Origin: Gemmatimonas sp.
Lineage (GTDB): Bacteria; Gemmatimonadota; Gemmatimonadetes; Gemmatimonadales; Gemmatimonadaceae
DNA length: 64,000 nt
Assembly (NCBI RefSeq): GCF_021298855.1
Contig: NZ_JAJTHI010000045.1
Location: forward strand, 10,709 to 74,708
Direction of reading: 5' to 3'
In this document: positions 40,501-47,861 of the stretch, in pieces
Position numbering within the stretch: position 1 is the stretch's first letter
Layout: the number at the start of each line of letters is the position of its first letter
Translations under genes and position numbers: made by a program
Notes under the pieces: generated by a model
What the model saw: the letters and a program-made list of their open reading frames with translations, nothing else
What the model was told of the DNA's origin: nothing
The model's database searches: none

Positions 40501-40730
40501 GAGTCGACAATGGTGGCGGCCGCCGCCAGGGAGTGCGCCGGGTCGGCGCGCCCCGCGTAGTAGTCCCACCCACGCAACCGCCCGTGCACGTCGGTAGTGG
40601 CGGCAATCGTGAGCTCGACGCGGCGCGGGGCCCGTTGCGCCGCCAGCGGCTCGATCATCAACGCGGCCAGCGAGGCCAGCCCCCCGGCGGGCAGCAGTAC
40701 GGCACACAGCCAAGACAATGGACGTCCCAT
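37527..40730 (-). CDS. Secreted tandem 2',3'-cyclic-nucleotide phosphodiesterase / 5'-nucleotidase (two metallophosphoesterase + two 5'-NT C-domains)
   Basis: Module 1: TTDVHG, GGDILQG, GNHEFNYG, GHSH, LYPYDN. Module 2: SDFHA, AGDLFTG, GNHEFDFG, GHAH, NNGGVR, VTPFGN. Confidence 0.92.
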   Translation of the reverse strand: MGRPLSWLCAVLLPAGGLASLAALMIEPLAAQRAPRRVELTIAATTDVHGRLRGWDYYAGRADPAHSLAAAATIVDSARRANPDGVVLVEGGDILQGNPLLYVAARVRPTPVHPVIAAMNVMRYDAAVLGNHEFNYGVPLLQKAIAQAGFPFVAANVLDAQGKPWVAPYTMVTRRGVRVAIIGGTTPGSMVWDREHLKAAGLTVTDIVPAVRQRVQEARRAKADVVLVLLHSGLNEPASYDTVATGLPSENVAARIPREIDGIDVVVYGHSHRELVDSTINGALVMQPRNWAGSVGLGTLTLERRQGRWSVVARTGRAVRVAGHREHPDVLAAARSTHEATVAWVNEPVGRTSVAWRADSARVTDAPITDLVNEVMRRTTGAELSATAAFSLEAALDTGAITQAELSRLYPYDNTLRAVRITGAQLRDFLEHAARYYRTVGADGRAAGGILDPSVPGYNFDVVSGADYTIDLRRPVGQRITRLQVRGREVLPTDSFTMALNNYRQGGGGGFSMLAGAPLVYDRDLDIRQLVIDEVRRAGTLDPAAYAQRNWTLEPASAREQAYAEQQPGRAASAPSGSPTVRVIAMSDFHAALRPQFDQGNAPVGGAVALSAAIRRAQRECQPPACQHVVIDAGDLFTGSPASDWHGGRPTVDVVNRLDVAAGALGNHEFDFGQDTLRARMRELRHAILGANVRGPDGERPAWLRADTIVTRGTVRIGIVGAAGTHTPNTASRRKVGPLTFLDPVPVFVERTRALRAAGAQVVVAVIHDGGRCERDRPTDCSGAGIDIGRRLGEMGADRPDVYVMGHAHVNLSLDFNGMPAVEPTSSGRGIVVVDVPVGGGPARTEVRPVRGDEVAEAVPEVDSIVRMAMERVRPQLQQPVATLAEPMRRAGAQNPVGNMLADAVRAAAGSDVGMWNNGGVRADLAAGPLNYGGIHYVTPFGNLVARVRLRGRTLLQLLEATVDRGRPDAHVSGVSVEYDPARPRGARVVRALDAAGRPIEPDRIYTVAMNDFMVENDFSGQLAGAIATEFLTVRDIDAVRAFLSQQPQPVRGDPTERVRPITAGSN

Positions 40731-40867
40731 CAGGGAATGCTAGTCGGTCCCCCGGGTCGTTTGGAGTGGCGTACGCGGCGGTCCGAATCCGTCCTTGCCG
40801 GGTCCCCCCTGCCGCCGCGAACTTCCCGTGGCACGGTCCGATCGGCCCCGGTTGCCGATACCTACTC

Positions 40868-40910
40868 GTTACACCGCCGTAACCGTCCGGAAACGACGGC
40901 GGTCCATGCT
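40868..40910 (+). promoter_or_regulatory. Pho-box-like promoter of udk-phoB-phoR
   Basis: GTTAC (40868), GTAAC (40879), GAAAC (40890) at 11-bp spacing, then CATGCT at 40905. Confidence 0.6.
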
Positions 40911-40947
40911 TGAGACATCCCTCGTGGACGACCCGGTCACTCCGCTC

Positions 40948-41622
40948 ATGAAACCGCTCATCATCGGCATCGCGGGCGGCACCGGCTCGGGGAAATCGAC
41001 GGTGGCTCGCAAGGTGGCAGAAGCCCTCCCCAACGCCTCCGTCGCCTTCCTGGAGATGGACGCGTATTACCGGGATTTCCGGCACCTGACCCTGCAGCAG
41101 CTGCATCACGTCAACTGGGATCATCCCGATGCCTTCGACGTGGAGTTGCTCTCGACTCACCTCGAGGCGCTCGCCCGCGGCGAAGCGGTGGACATGCCGG
41201 TGTACGAGTTTGCCACGCACTCCCGCAGCAGTCGCACCCGGCGCATCGAGCCGGCGGACGTCGTCGTGATCGACGGCATCCTGCTCCTGTCGGACCCCAA
41301 CGTCCGGGCGCAGTGCGATGTGAAGGTGTTCGTCGATGCCGATCCGGATATCCGCCTCATTCGCCGCATCCGACGCGATACGGCCGTGCGCGGCCGCACG
41401 CTCGAATCGGTGCTCGACCAGTATCTCACGACCGTGCAGCCGATGCATCTGCAGTTCGTCGAACCCAGCAAGCGGTACGCCGACGTCATCGTCCCACGGG
41501 GAGGGAGCAACACGGTCGCGATCGAGATGATCGTGGCCAAGATCCAGCGTCGGCTGCACACCCGCGCCCAGTCGCGGGTGCCGCGCGCCGACGCCGAACC
41601 GGCCGACGCCGGCACCTACTGA
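40948..41622 (+). CDS. udk: Uridine kinase
   Basis: IIGIAGGTGSGKST, MDAYY, NWDHPDAFD, IDGIL, RLIRRIRRD, FVEPSKRYADVIVP. Confidence 0.96.
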   Translation: MKPLIIGIAGGTGSGKSTVARKVAEALPNASVAFLEMDAYYRDFRHLTLQQLHHVNWDHPDAFDVELLSTHLEALARGEAVDMPVYEFATHSRSSRTRRIEPADVVVIDGILLLSDPNVRAQCDVKVFVDADPDIRLIRRIRRDTAVRGRTLESVLDQYLTTVQPMHLQFVEPSKRYADVIVPRGGSNTVAIEMIVAKIQRRLHTRAQSRVPRADAEPADAGTY

Positions 41623-41629
41623 CCCGTGC

Positions 41630-42352
41630 ATGAACCCTGCTCCGAGCACCGCTGATCGCATTCTCGTCGTGGACGACGAAACCGAGATCGTCGCCCTGGT
41701 GGCTTACCACCTGGCGAAAACCGGTTATCGCGTCTCCACGGCGTCGTCGGGGCAGGACGCACTCGAGTTGGCGCGTCGTGAGCGCCCGTCGCTCATCGTG
41801 CTCGACCTCATGCTGCCGGGCATGTCGGGGTTCGACGTGCTCGAGCAACTGCGCCTCGACGAGAGTACGCGCGACATCGCCGTCATCATGCTCACGGCCC
41901 GCCGGGAAGAACCTGATCGCATCCGCGGCCTGTCGCTGGGTGCCGATGACTATCTCACCAAACCGTTCTCGCCGGCCGAACTGGTGCTGCGGGTGGCGGC
42001 CATTCTGCGCCGGACCGGGTCCGTGCAGCCGTCCGGCAACACCGATGCCCTGGTCATTGGGCCGCTGCACATCGACCGGGCGGCCATGACGGTGAACGTG
42101 AGCGGCGAGGCCGTGGAGCTTACCCCCACCGAGTTCAAGCTGCTCCTCACCCTGGCCGAGCGCCGCGGGCGCGTCCAGGGACGCGGGCACCTGCTGGAAA
42201 CCGTGTGGGAAGCCGCCCCGGACATTCAGACCCGCACGGTCGACATGCACGTGCAGCGACTGCGCACCAAGCTGGGCACCGCCGGCGACCTCATCGAGAC
42301 CGTGCGCGGATTCGGCTACCGCCTGCGCGCCGCGGCGCCGCGCGCCTACTGA
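41630..42352 (+). CDS. phoB: OmpR-family response regulator, PhoB-like
   Basis: ILVVDDE, LDLMLPG, GADDYLTKPFS, RTVDMHVQRLRTKLG; phosphate gene context. Confidence 0.85.
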   Translation: MNPAPSTADRILVVDDETEIVALVAYHLAKTGYRVSTASSGQDALELARRERPSLIVLDLMLPGMSGFDVLEQLRLDESTRDIAVIMLTARREEPDRIRGLSLGADDYLTKPFSPAELVLRVAAILRRTGSVQPSGNTDALVIGPLHIDRAAMTVNVSGEAVELTPTEFKLLLTLAERRGRVQGRGHLLETVWEAAPDIQTRTVDMHVQRLRTKLGTAGDLIETVRGFGYRLRAAAPRAY

Positions 42353-43792
42353 GTGCGGCTCACCCAGCGACTGCTGCTGCAGAGCGCCGTGGTCGCCACG
42401 CTACTGGTGGCGATCATTCTGGGGGCTGTGGAGTGGCGGGTACGGCACCGGCTGGAGCTGCAGGATACCGTCGCCGTGGGGATGGCCCAACCGGCCGACC
42501 GCGCCAGCCTGGAGGCGGCCGCCGATGAGGCGCTGTTGCGGGCCATCCGCAACGACGTGCTCATTGCCAGTGGCATCGCGCTCATCGTGGCCCTGCTGTT
42601 GGCGCGCGGACTCGCCGGGCAGGTGACGCGCCCCATGCAGGAGTTGCGCGACATGGCGCAGGATCTGGCCGGCGGCGATCTCACCGCCCGACCGTCGCGG
42701 TCCATCAGTGGCGGCGAGGTGGGGGACCTGGCCGATTCGCTGCGCCGCGTGGCCGAGCAGATGGAAACGCGCCTCTGGGAGATGCAGTCGGAGGAAGCGC
42801 TCCTGGTGGCGCTTACGGAGTCGCTCAACGAAGGCGTCGTGGCCGTGGACGCGCGCAAGCGGGTGGTGCGCATCAATGAGCGCGGACGTCAGCTGCTCAA
42901 CTTGCGTCAGCCGCTCCCCTTCCCCGCCAACGAGCTGCCACAGGAACCGCAGCTGCAGGAAGCGTTGCAGCTGGTGTTGTCGGGGGCCCCGCCCATCGTG
43001 CGCGAAATCCAGCTCGCCGGTCGCACGCTGGCGCTCACGGTACGCGCTCTGAGTGGCGGGGGCGCCGTGTTTGCCATGTACGACCTCACCCCGGTTCGCC
43101 GGCTCGAGACGGTGCGCAGCGACTTCGTGGCCAATGTGTCCCACGAGCTGCGCACGCCGCTCACGATCATTGGCGGATTCGTGGAGACGCTGCAGGACGA
43201 CGATGTCCCGCCCGACCTGCGGCGGCAGTTCCTGGGCATGGCGGAGGCCAACGTGCAGCGCATGCAGCGCATCGTCGATGACCTGCTCGACCTCTCCCGC
43301 ATCGAGTCGGGAGGATGGCGTCCGGCGCCAATGGAGCTGCGCGTCGAGGAGCTCGCCGCGGATGCCCTCGCCCCGTTGCAGTCCCGCGCCGATGACAAGG
43401 GAGTATCACTGGGCATCGACGTGGCCCCCAACGCCCGGTTCATCCGGTGCGATCCCACCGCGGCGGGACAGATACTGGTGAATCTCGCCGAGAACGCCCT
43501 GCGCCACACGGCCGCGGGGCGGGTGGTCGTGTTTGCTGAACGCGAGGGGGACGGGGTATGGATGGGGGTGCACGATACCGGCATGGGGATCGGTCCCGAA
43601 CATCTGCCGCGCATCTTCGAGCGGTTCTACCGCGCCGATCCCGGTCGGTCCCGCGAGGCCGGCGGCACGGGCCTCGGCCTCTCCATCGTGCGCCACCTGG
43701 CAGAGGCGCACCACGGACGCGTCCGGGCTGAAAGCACGGTGGGGGTGGGCACGACCATTGCCGTCTGGCTCCCCACCCCACTGCCCGCCTGA
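42353..43792 (+). CDS. phoR: Sensor histidine kinase, PhoR-like (2 TM, HAMP, PAS, HisKA, HATPase)
   Basis: DFVANVSHELRTPLT, NLAENA, DTGMGI, FERFYR, GGTGLGL. Confidence 0.85.
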   Translation: MRLTQRLLLQSAVVATLLVAIILGAVEWRVRHRLELQDTVAVGMAQPADRASLEAAADEALLRAIRNDVLIASGIALIVALLLARGLAGQVTRPMQELRDMAQDLAGGDLTARPSRSISGGEVGDLADSLRRVAEQMETRLWEMQSEEALLVALTESLNEGVVAVDARKRVVRINERGRQLLNLRQPLPFPANELPQEPQLQEALQLVLSGAPPIVREIQLAGRTLALTVRALSGGGAVFAMYDLTPVRRLETVRSDFVANVSHELRTPLTIIGGFVETLQDDDVPPDLRRQFLGMAEANVQRMQRIVDDLLDLSRIESGGWRPAPMELRVEELAADALAPLQSRADDKGVSLGIDVAPNARFIRCDPTAAGQILVNLAENALRHTAAGRVVVFAEREGDGVWMGVHDTGMGIGPEHLPRIFERFYRADPGRSREAGGTGLGLSIVRHLAEAHHGRVRAESTVGVGTTIAVWLPTPLPA

Positions 43793-43845
43793 CCGGACCG
43801 CTGGCGACCTCGCGCCCCGCCGCGACGCCGCCAGCGCGGCCGCGT

Positions 43846-44691
43846 TCAGGCCGATTCCGCCTGCCGTCTGGCGCGGCGACCGGCAAACGCTTCAGCGATG
43901 AGCCGCGGCAGCATGACCCCGGCCGGCCCTTCGATGGGCAGGATGCTGGGGCCCGAGCGCTGCCCCTCCATGGTGGGATTCACCACAATGACCGTGGCCC
44001 CGTGCGTCGCCGAGATCCACGGCAGCGAGGCTGCCGGTTCGACGATGTTGGAGGTGCCCACCGAGATGAACACGTCACACGCCACGGCGGCGTTGCGGGC
44101 GGCCTCGAAGGGGGGCATGGGGAGCGTTTCCCCGAACCACACCACATCGGGGCGCAGGAGCGCCCCGCACTGCGGACAGGTCGGCACGTCGGCGCGCTGC
44201 TCGTCGCTGACCGCCACCGAGCCGGCGCACCCCGCGCTGCACCGCGCGTGCATGAGGGAGCCGTGCAACCGAACCACGTCGCGACTACCGGCCCGCTCGT
44301 GGAGGTCGTCAACGTTCTGGGTGACCAGCGTACAGTGGGCGACTCGTGACGCGAGCGTGACGAGCGCCACATGCGCCGGGTTGGGCTGTGCCGCCCGAAC
44401 CATGGCGCGCCGCGCCGCATACCATTGCCAGACCCGTGTGGGGTGGGCCGCGAAGGCGTCAGGCGTGGCCAGCTCCTGCGGGCTGAACTGCGCCCAGGTG
44501 CCGGTCTGCGCTTCGCGAAACGTGGGGATACCGCTTTCGGCCGACACGCCGGCGCCCGTGAGCACGCACACGTGCTCGGCCGCGCGAAGCGCCTTGGCGG
44601 CGACCGTGAGCGCCTCGGCGCGTGTCTGGGGATCGGTTGGCGGCGGGGAGGCGACCCGGCGCCGCTGAAGATTGGGATCAGTCGGGACCAT
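43846..44691 (-). CDS. cobB: NAD-dependent protein deacylase (class III sirtuin)
   Basis: LTGAGVSAESGIPTFR, WYAARR (YxxR), TQNVDDLHERAG, LHGS, two Cys pairs, RPDVVWFGE. Confidence 0.93.
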   Translation of the reverse strand: MVPTDPNLQRRRVASPPPTDPQTRAEALTVAAKALRAAEHVCVLTGAGVSAESGIPTFREAQTGTWAQFSPQELATPDAFAAHPTRVWQWYAARRAMVRAAQPNPAHVALVTLASRVAHCTLVTQNVDDLHERAGSRDVVRLHGSLMHARCSAGCAGSVAVSDEQRADVPTCPQCGALLRPDVVWFGETLPMPPFEAARNAAVACDVFISVGTSNIVEPAASLPWISATHGATVIVVNPTMEGQRSGPSILPIEGPAGVMLPRLIAEAFAGRRARRQAESA

Positions 44692-44781
44692 ACTCGGGCG
44701 ACAATACTGCGCGGACCTGTCTCGCACCAGATCGCCCGCCCGCGGATACCGCCCCATCGCGCTGACCGGGTCCGGACCTGG

Positions 44782-44850
44782 CTGTCACGACCGGCCGTGA
44801 CCAATTCGTTGCACGACTGTCGAATGATCGAAACCTGAGTCACGGAGCTT
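44782..44850 (+). promoter_or_regulatory. Pho-box-like promoter of the TonB-dependent receptor
   Basis: CTGTCAC at 44782; GTGAC/GTTGC/GTCGA/GAAAC at 44797/44808/44819/44830; GAGCTT at 44845. Confidence 0.5.
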
Positions 44851-44913
44851 GCTCAGTGTCCGGAGCGCACCACGCGCCTCGCGACCTGTCTTCCTCAAAG
44901 CTCCGAATATCCC

Positions 44914-47709
44914 ATGCGGATTTCCGTACACGCGCTATACCGTGCCGCGCGTCGCGCGATGCTGGCGACCACGGTGGCCGTCGTTCCCGCTGCAGGGTCC
45001 GTTCTTCTTCTTCTTCCTGCCTCTGCCCCCGCGCAGGAGGCGGCGACCGGCAAGATCACCGGGCGCATCGTGGATGCCGTCACCGGCCAGCCGATTCCTG
45101 CGGCGCAGATTCAGGTGGTGGGCACCGCCTTCGGCACGCAGACGGCGGTCGATGGCCGGTACACCCTGCTGCGCGTGCCCGCTGGCACCCTCACGCTGCA
45201 GGTGCGCCGCATCGGCTACGGCCCCAAGACCGTCACCGGACTGCTGCTGCCGGCGAACGGCGCGCTGGAGCAGGACATCTCGCTGCGCAGTGCCGACGTG
45301 CAGCTCGCGGCGGTCAGTGTCACGGCCACCAAGGAAAAGGGGTCGGTGAACGACGCCCTCAACGCGCAGAAGAACGCCACGAACGTGGTGAACGCCATCA
45401 CCGCCGAACAGATCGCGCGCAGCCCCGACGGCGACGCGGCCGCGGCCGCGCAGCGCGTGAGCGGCGTGACGGTGCAGGACGGCAAGTACCTGCAGGTGCG
45501 CGGCCTCTCCGAGCGCTATACCACGGCGTCGCTGAACGGGGCGCGCATTCCGAGTCCGGAGCCCGAGCGCAAGGTCGTGCCGCTCGACCTGTTCCCGGCG
45601 AGCCTGCTGCAGGACGTCACCACGGCCAAGACCTTCACCCCCGACATGCCGGGTGACTTCGCGGGCGCCAACGTGAACATCCGCACCCGTGAGTTCCCCG
45701 CGCGCCGGCAGGTGAACTATTCCACGAGCTTCGGCTTCGGTGATCGCGTGCTGGGGCAGACCCTGCCCTTTGCCCCGCGCGCCGGCGGCGAGCTGTTCGG
45801 GAATGCGTCGGCGAACCGCCGCATGCCGGCGGCCATCGCCAGCGCGAACTTCCTGGGGAATGTGTCGCAGTCCCAGTACAACCAGATGGCGCGTCAGCAG
45901 CGCAACGTGTGGAGCCCGTCGCTCCGCAATGGCGGGGTGAACGGCTCGTTCGGCATGTCCACCGGCGGCAACAACATCCTGGGCAAGCGTGTCGGGTATG
46001 TCCTGAGCGGCAACTACGGCTACAGTGAGGAAGTGCGCGCCGACGAGCGCTATGCCATTGGCAACCAGGGCGCGAACAACACGGTCGTGCCCCTCACCGA
46101 AGTGCGCGGGCAGACGGGGCGCGCCAGCGCGTCGTGGGGCGGCATCGCCAACCTGTCGACGCTCGTGGGGCGCAACTCGCGCCTCGCCCTCAACACGACG
46201 GTCACCCGCAGCGCCGACAACGAGGCGCGGACCGACCGCGGCTTCGACGAAAACCTGAACGACAGCATTCAGCGCACCACCCTGCGCTACGTCGAACGCG
46301 GGGTGGCCACCGTAACCGGATCGGGCGAGCACCAGCTGAGTGATCGCAACCGCACCGCCTGGGCCGTGACGTTCGGCCAGACGGATCGGCGCGAGCCCGA
46401 CCGCTCCGATGTGGTGTATGCGCGCACCCCCGAGGGGCCGTATCAGATTCTGGCGTCGCTCGATGGCGCCCGTCGCCTCTATTTCGACCTGCAGGAGAAC
46501 AACGTCACCGGCCAGGTCGATCATACGATCAATCTGGGCGAAGTGGCGAAGCAGAACACGCTCAAGGTGGGCGCCTACCTGCGCACCACCGATCGCACCG
46601 CCGACGCCCCCATCTTCGCCTTCATCAGCCGCGCCGGCGAAAGCGTGGTGCGTCAGACGCCCGATGTGATCTTCGGCGAGGCCCAGGCGTGTGACAACTG
46701 CGCCCTCATCAACGTGCAGCCCATCGGACAGGCCGGCTCCTACCTGGCGAGCGATCGCACGGCGGCCGGCTATCTCATGTCCGATATCGGCCTCGGGTCG
46801 CGGGTGCGCATGATCGCGGGCGCGCGGCTCGAGCAGGCGCGCATCACCGTGGATGCCTCCACCCAGGGCGGGTTCACCACCAGCGCGGTGCTCGACAACA
46901 CCGACGTGCTCCCCTCGCTGCTGCTCAACACGCAGCTCTCGTCCACGCAGAATCTGCGCTTCGGCATCACGCGCACGCTGGCGCGCCCGGAGTACCGCGA
47001 GCTCGCGCCGGTGACCTTCCGCGACGTGCTGGGCGGCGTGAGCGTCACCGGCAACGCCGCGCTGGTGCGGTCACTCATCGACAACGTGGACCTGCGCTGG
47101 GAGATGTTCCCCAATCCCGGCGAAGTCCTCAGTGTGGGCGTGTTCGCCAAGCGCTTCGATCGTCCGATCGAACGTCTCGAGCAGGCCACCTCGGGCGCGT
47201 ACCAGGCGCGTTTCCAGAATGCGCTCAGCGCCACCAACGTGGGTGTGGAGCTCGAGGCCCGCAAGCAGCTGGGAGTCCTTGGCTCGTGGGGCGAGGCCTT
47301 CACCGCCTTTGGCAACGTGACGCTCATGCAGTCGAACGTGGAACTCGACCCCACTGGCGGCCTCACGGTAACCGACCAGAGCCGCCGCCTCGTGGGTCAG
47401 GCGCCGTACGTGATCAATACGGGGCTCACGTACTCGAACATGAGTGGCAACACGAACGCCACGATTCTGTACAACGTGGTGGGCGAACGCATCACGGCGG
47501 CGGGCGTGGTGCCCCTCCCCAACATCGTGGAAAAGCCGCGCCACCTGCTCGACCTGTCGCTGCGGTTCCCCGTGCGCGGCAACCTCTCGGCCCGCATGGA
47601 TGCCCGCAACCTCCTGGACGCCCGCTACCGCTTCATGCAGGGCAATCTGGAGCGGGAGGGATGGAATGCCGGCCGCGTCATCTCGATGGGGCTGAGCTGG
47701 CGGCAGTAG
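44914..47709 (+). CDS. TonB-dependent outer membrane receptor (931 aa)
   Basis: Signal peptide, carboxypeptidase-regulatory-like domain, plug (RVSGVTV..VRGLSERY..VPLDLFP..GDFAG), barrel ending NLLDARY..GLSW. Confidence 0.93.
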   Translation: MRISVHALYRAARRAMLATTVAVVPAAGSVLLLLPASAPAQEAATGKITGRIVDAVTGQPIPAAQIQVVGTAFGTQTAVDGRYTLLRVPAGTLTLQVRRIGYGPKTVTGLLLPANGALEQDISLRSADVQLAAVSVTATKEKGSVNDALNAQKNATNVVNAITAEQIARSPDGDAAAAAQRVSGVTVQDGKYLQVRGLSERYTTASLNGARIPSPEPERKVVPLDLFPASLLQDVTTAKTFTPDMPGDFAGANVNIRTREFPARRQVNYSTSFGFGDRVLGQTLPFAPRAGGELFGNASANRRMPAAIASANFLGNVSQSQYNQMARQQRNVWSPSLRNGGVNGSFGMSTGGNNILGKRVGYVLSGNYGYSEEVRADERYAIGNQGANNTVVPLTEVRGQTGRASASWGGIANLSTLVGRNSRLALNTTVTRSADNEARTDRGFDENLNDSIQRTTLRYVERGVATVTGSGEHQLSDRNRTAWAVTFGQTDRREPDRSDVVYARTPEGPYQILASLDGARRLYFDLQENNVTGQVDHTINLGEVAKQNTLKVGAYLRTTDRTADAPIFAFISRAGESVVRQTPDVIFGEAQACDNCALINVQPIGQAGSYLASDRTAAGYLMSDIGLGSRVRMIAGARLEQARITVDASTQGGFTTSAVLDNTDVLPSLLLNTQLSSTQNLRFGITRTLARPEYRELAPVTFRDVLGGVSVTGNAALVRSLIDNVDLRWEMFPNPGEVLSVGVFAKRFDRPIERLEQATSGAYQARFQNALSATNVGVELEARKQLGVLGSWGEAFTAFGNVTLMQSNVELDPTGGLTVTDQSRRLVGQAPYVINTGLTYSNMSGNTNATILYNVVGERITAAGVVPLPNIVEKPRHLLDLSLRFPVRGNLSARMDARNLLDARYRFMQGNLEREGWNAGRVISMGLSWRQ

Positions 47710-47736
47710 TTCCGCGACCTCCCCGGCGCGGTATCG

Positions 47737-47790
47737 CATGACCCGGTTTCGGTGACACAACCGTGACCGGGTCATGACGTTTTGACGACA
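47737..47790. promoter_or_regulatory. Intercistronic hairpin overlapping four 11-bp-phased GAC repeats
   Basis: CATGACCCGG/CCGGGTCATG arms; GTGAC 47752, GTGAC 47763, ATGAC 47774, ACGAC 47785. Confidence 0.5.
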
Positions 47791-47861
47791 GAGCGCGCGC
47801 TCATTACGGAAGGGATCGTCAGGTCTCGACGATGCCGTTCACCATTCAATCACGACTCCCG

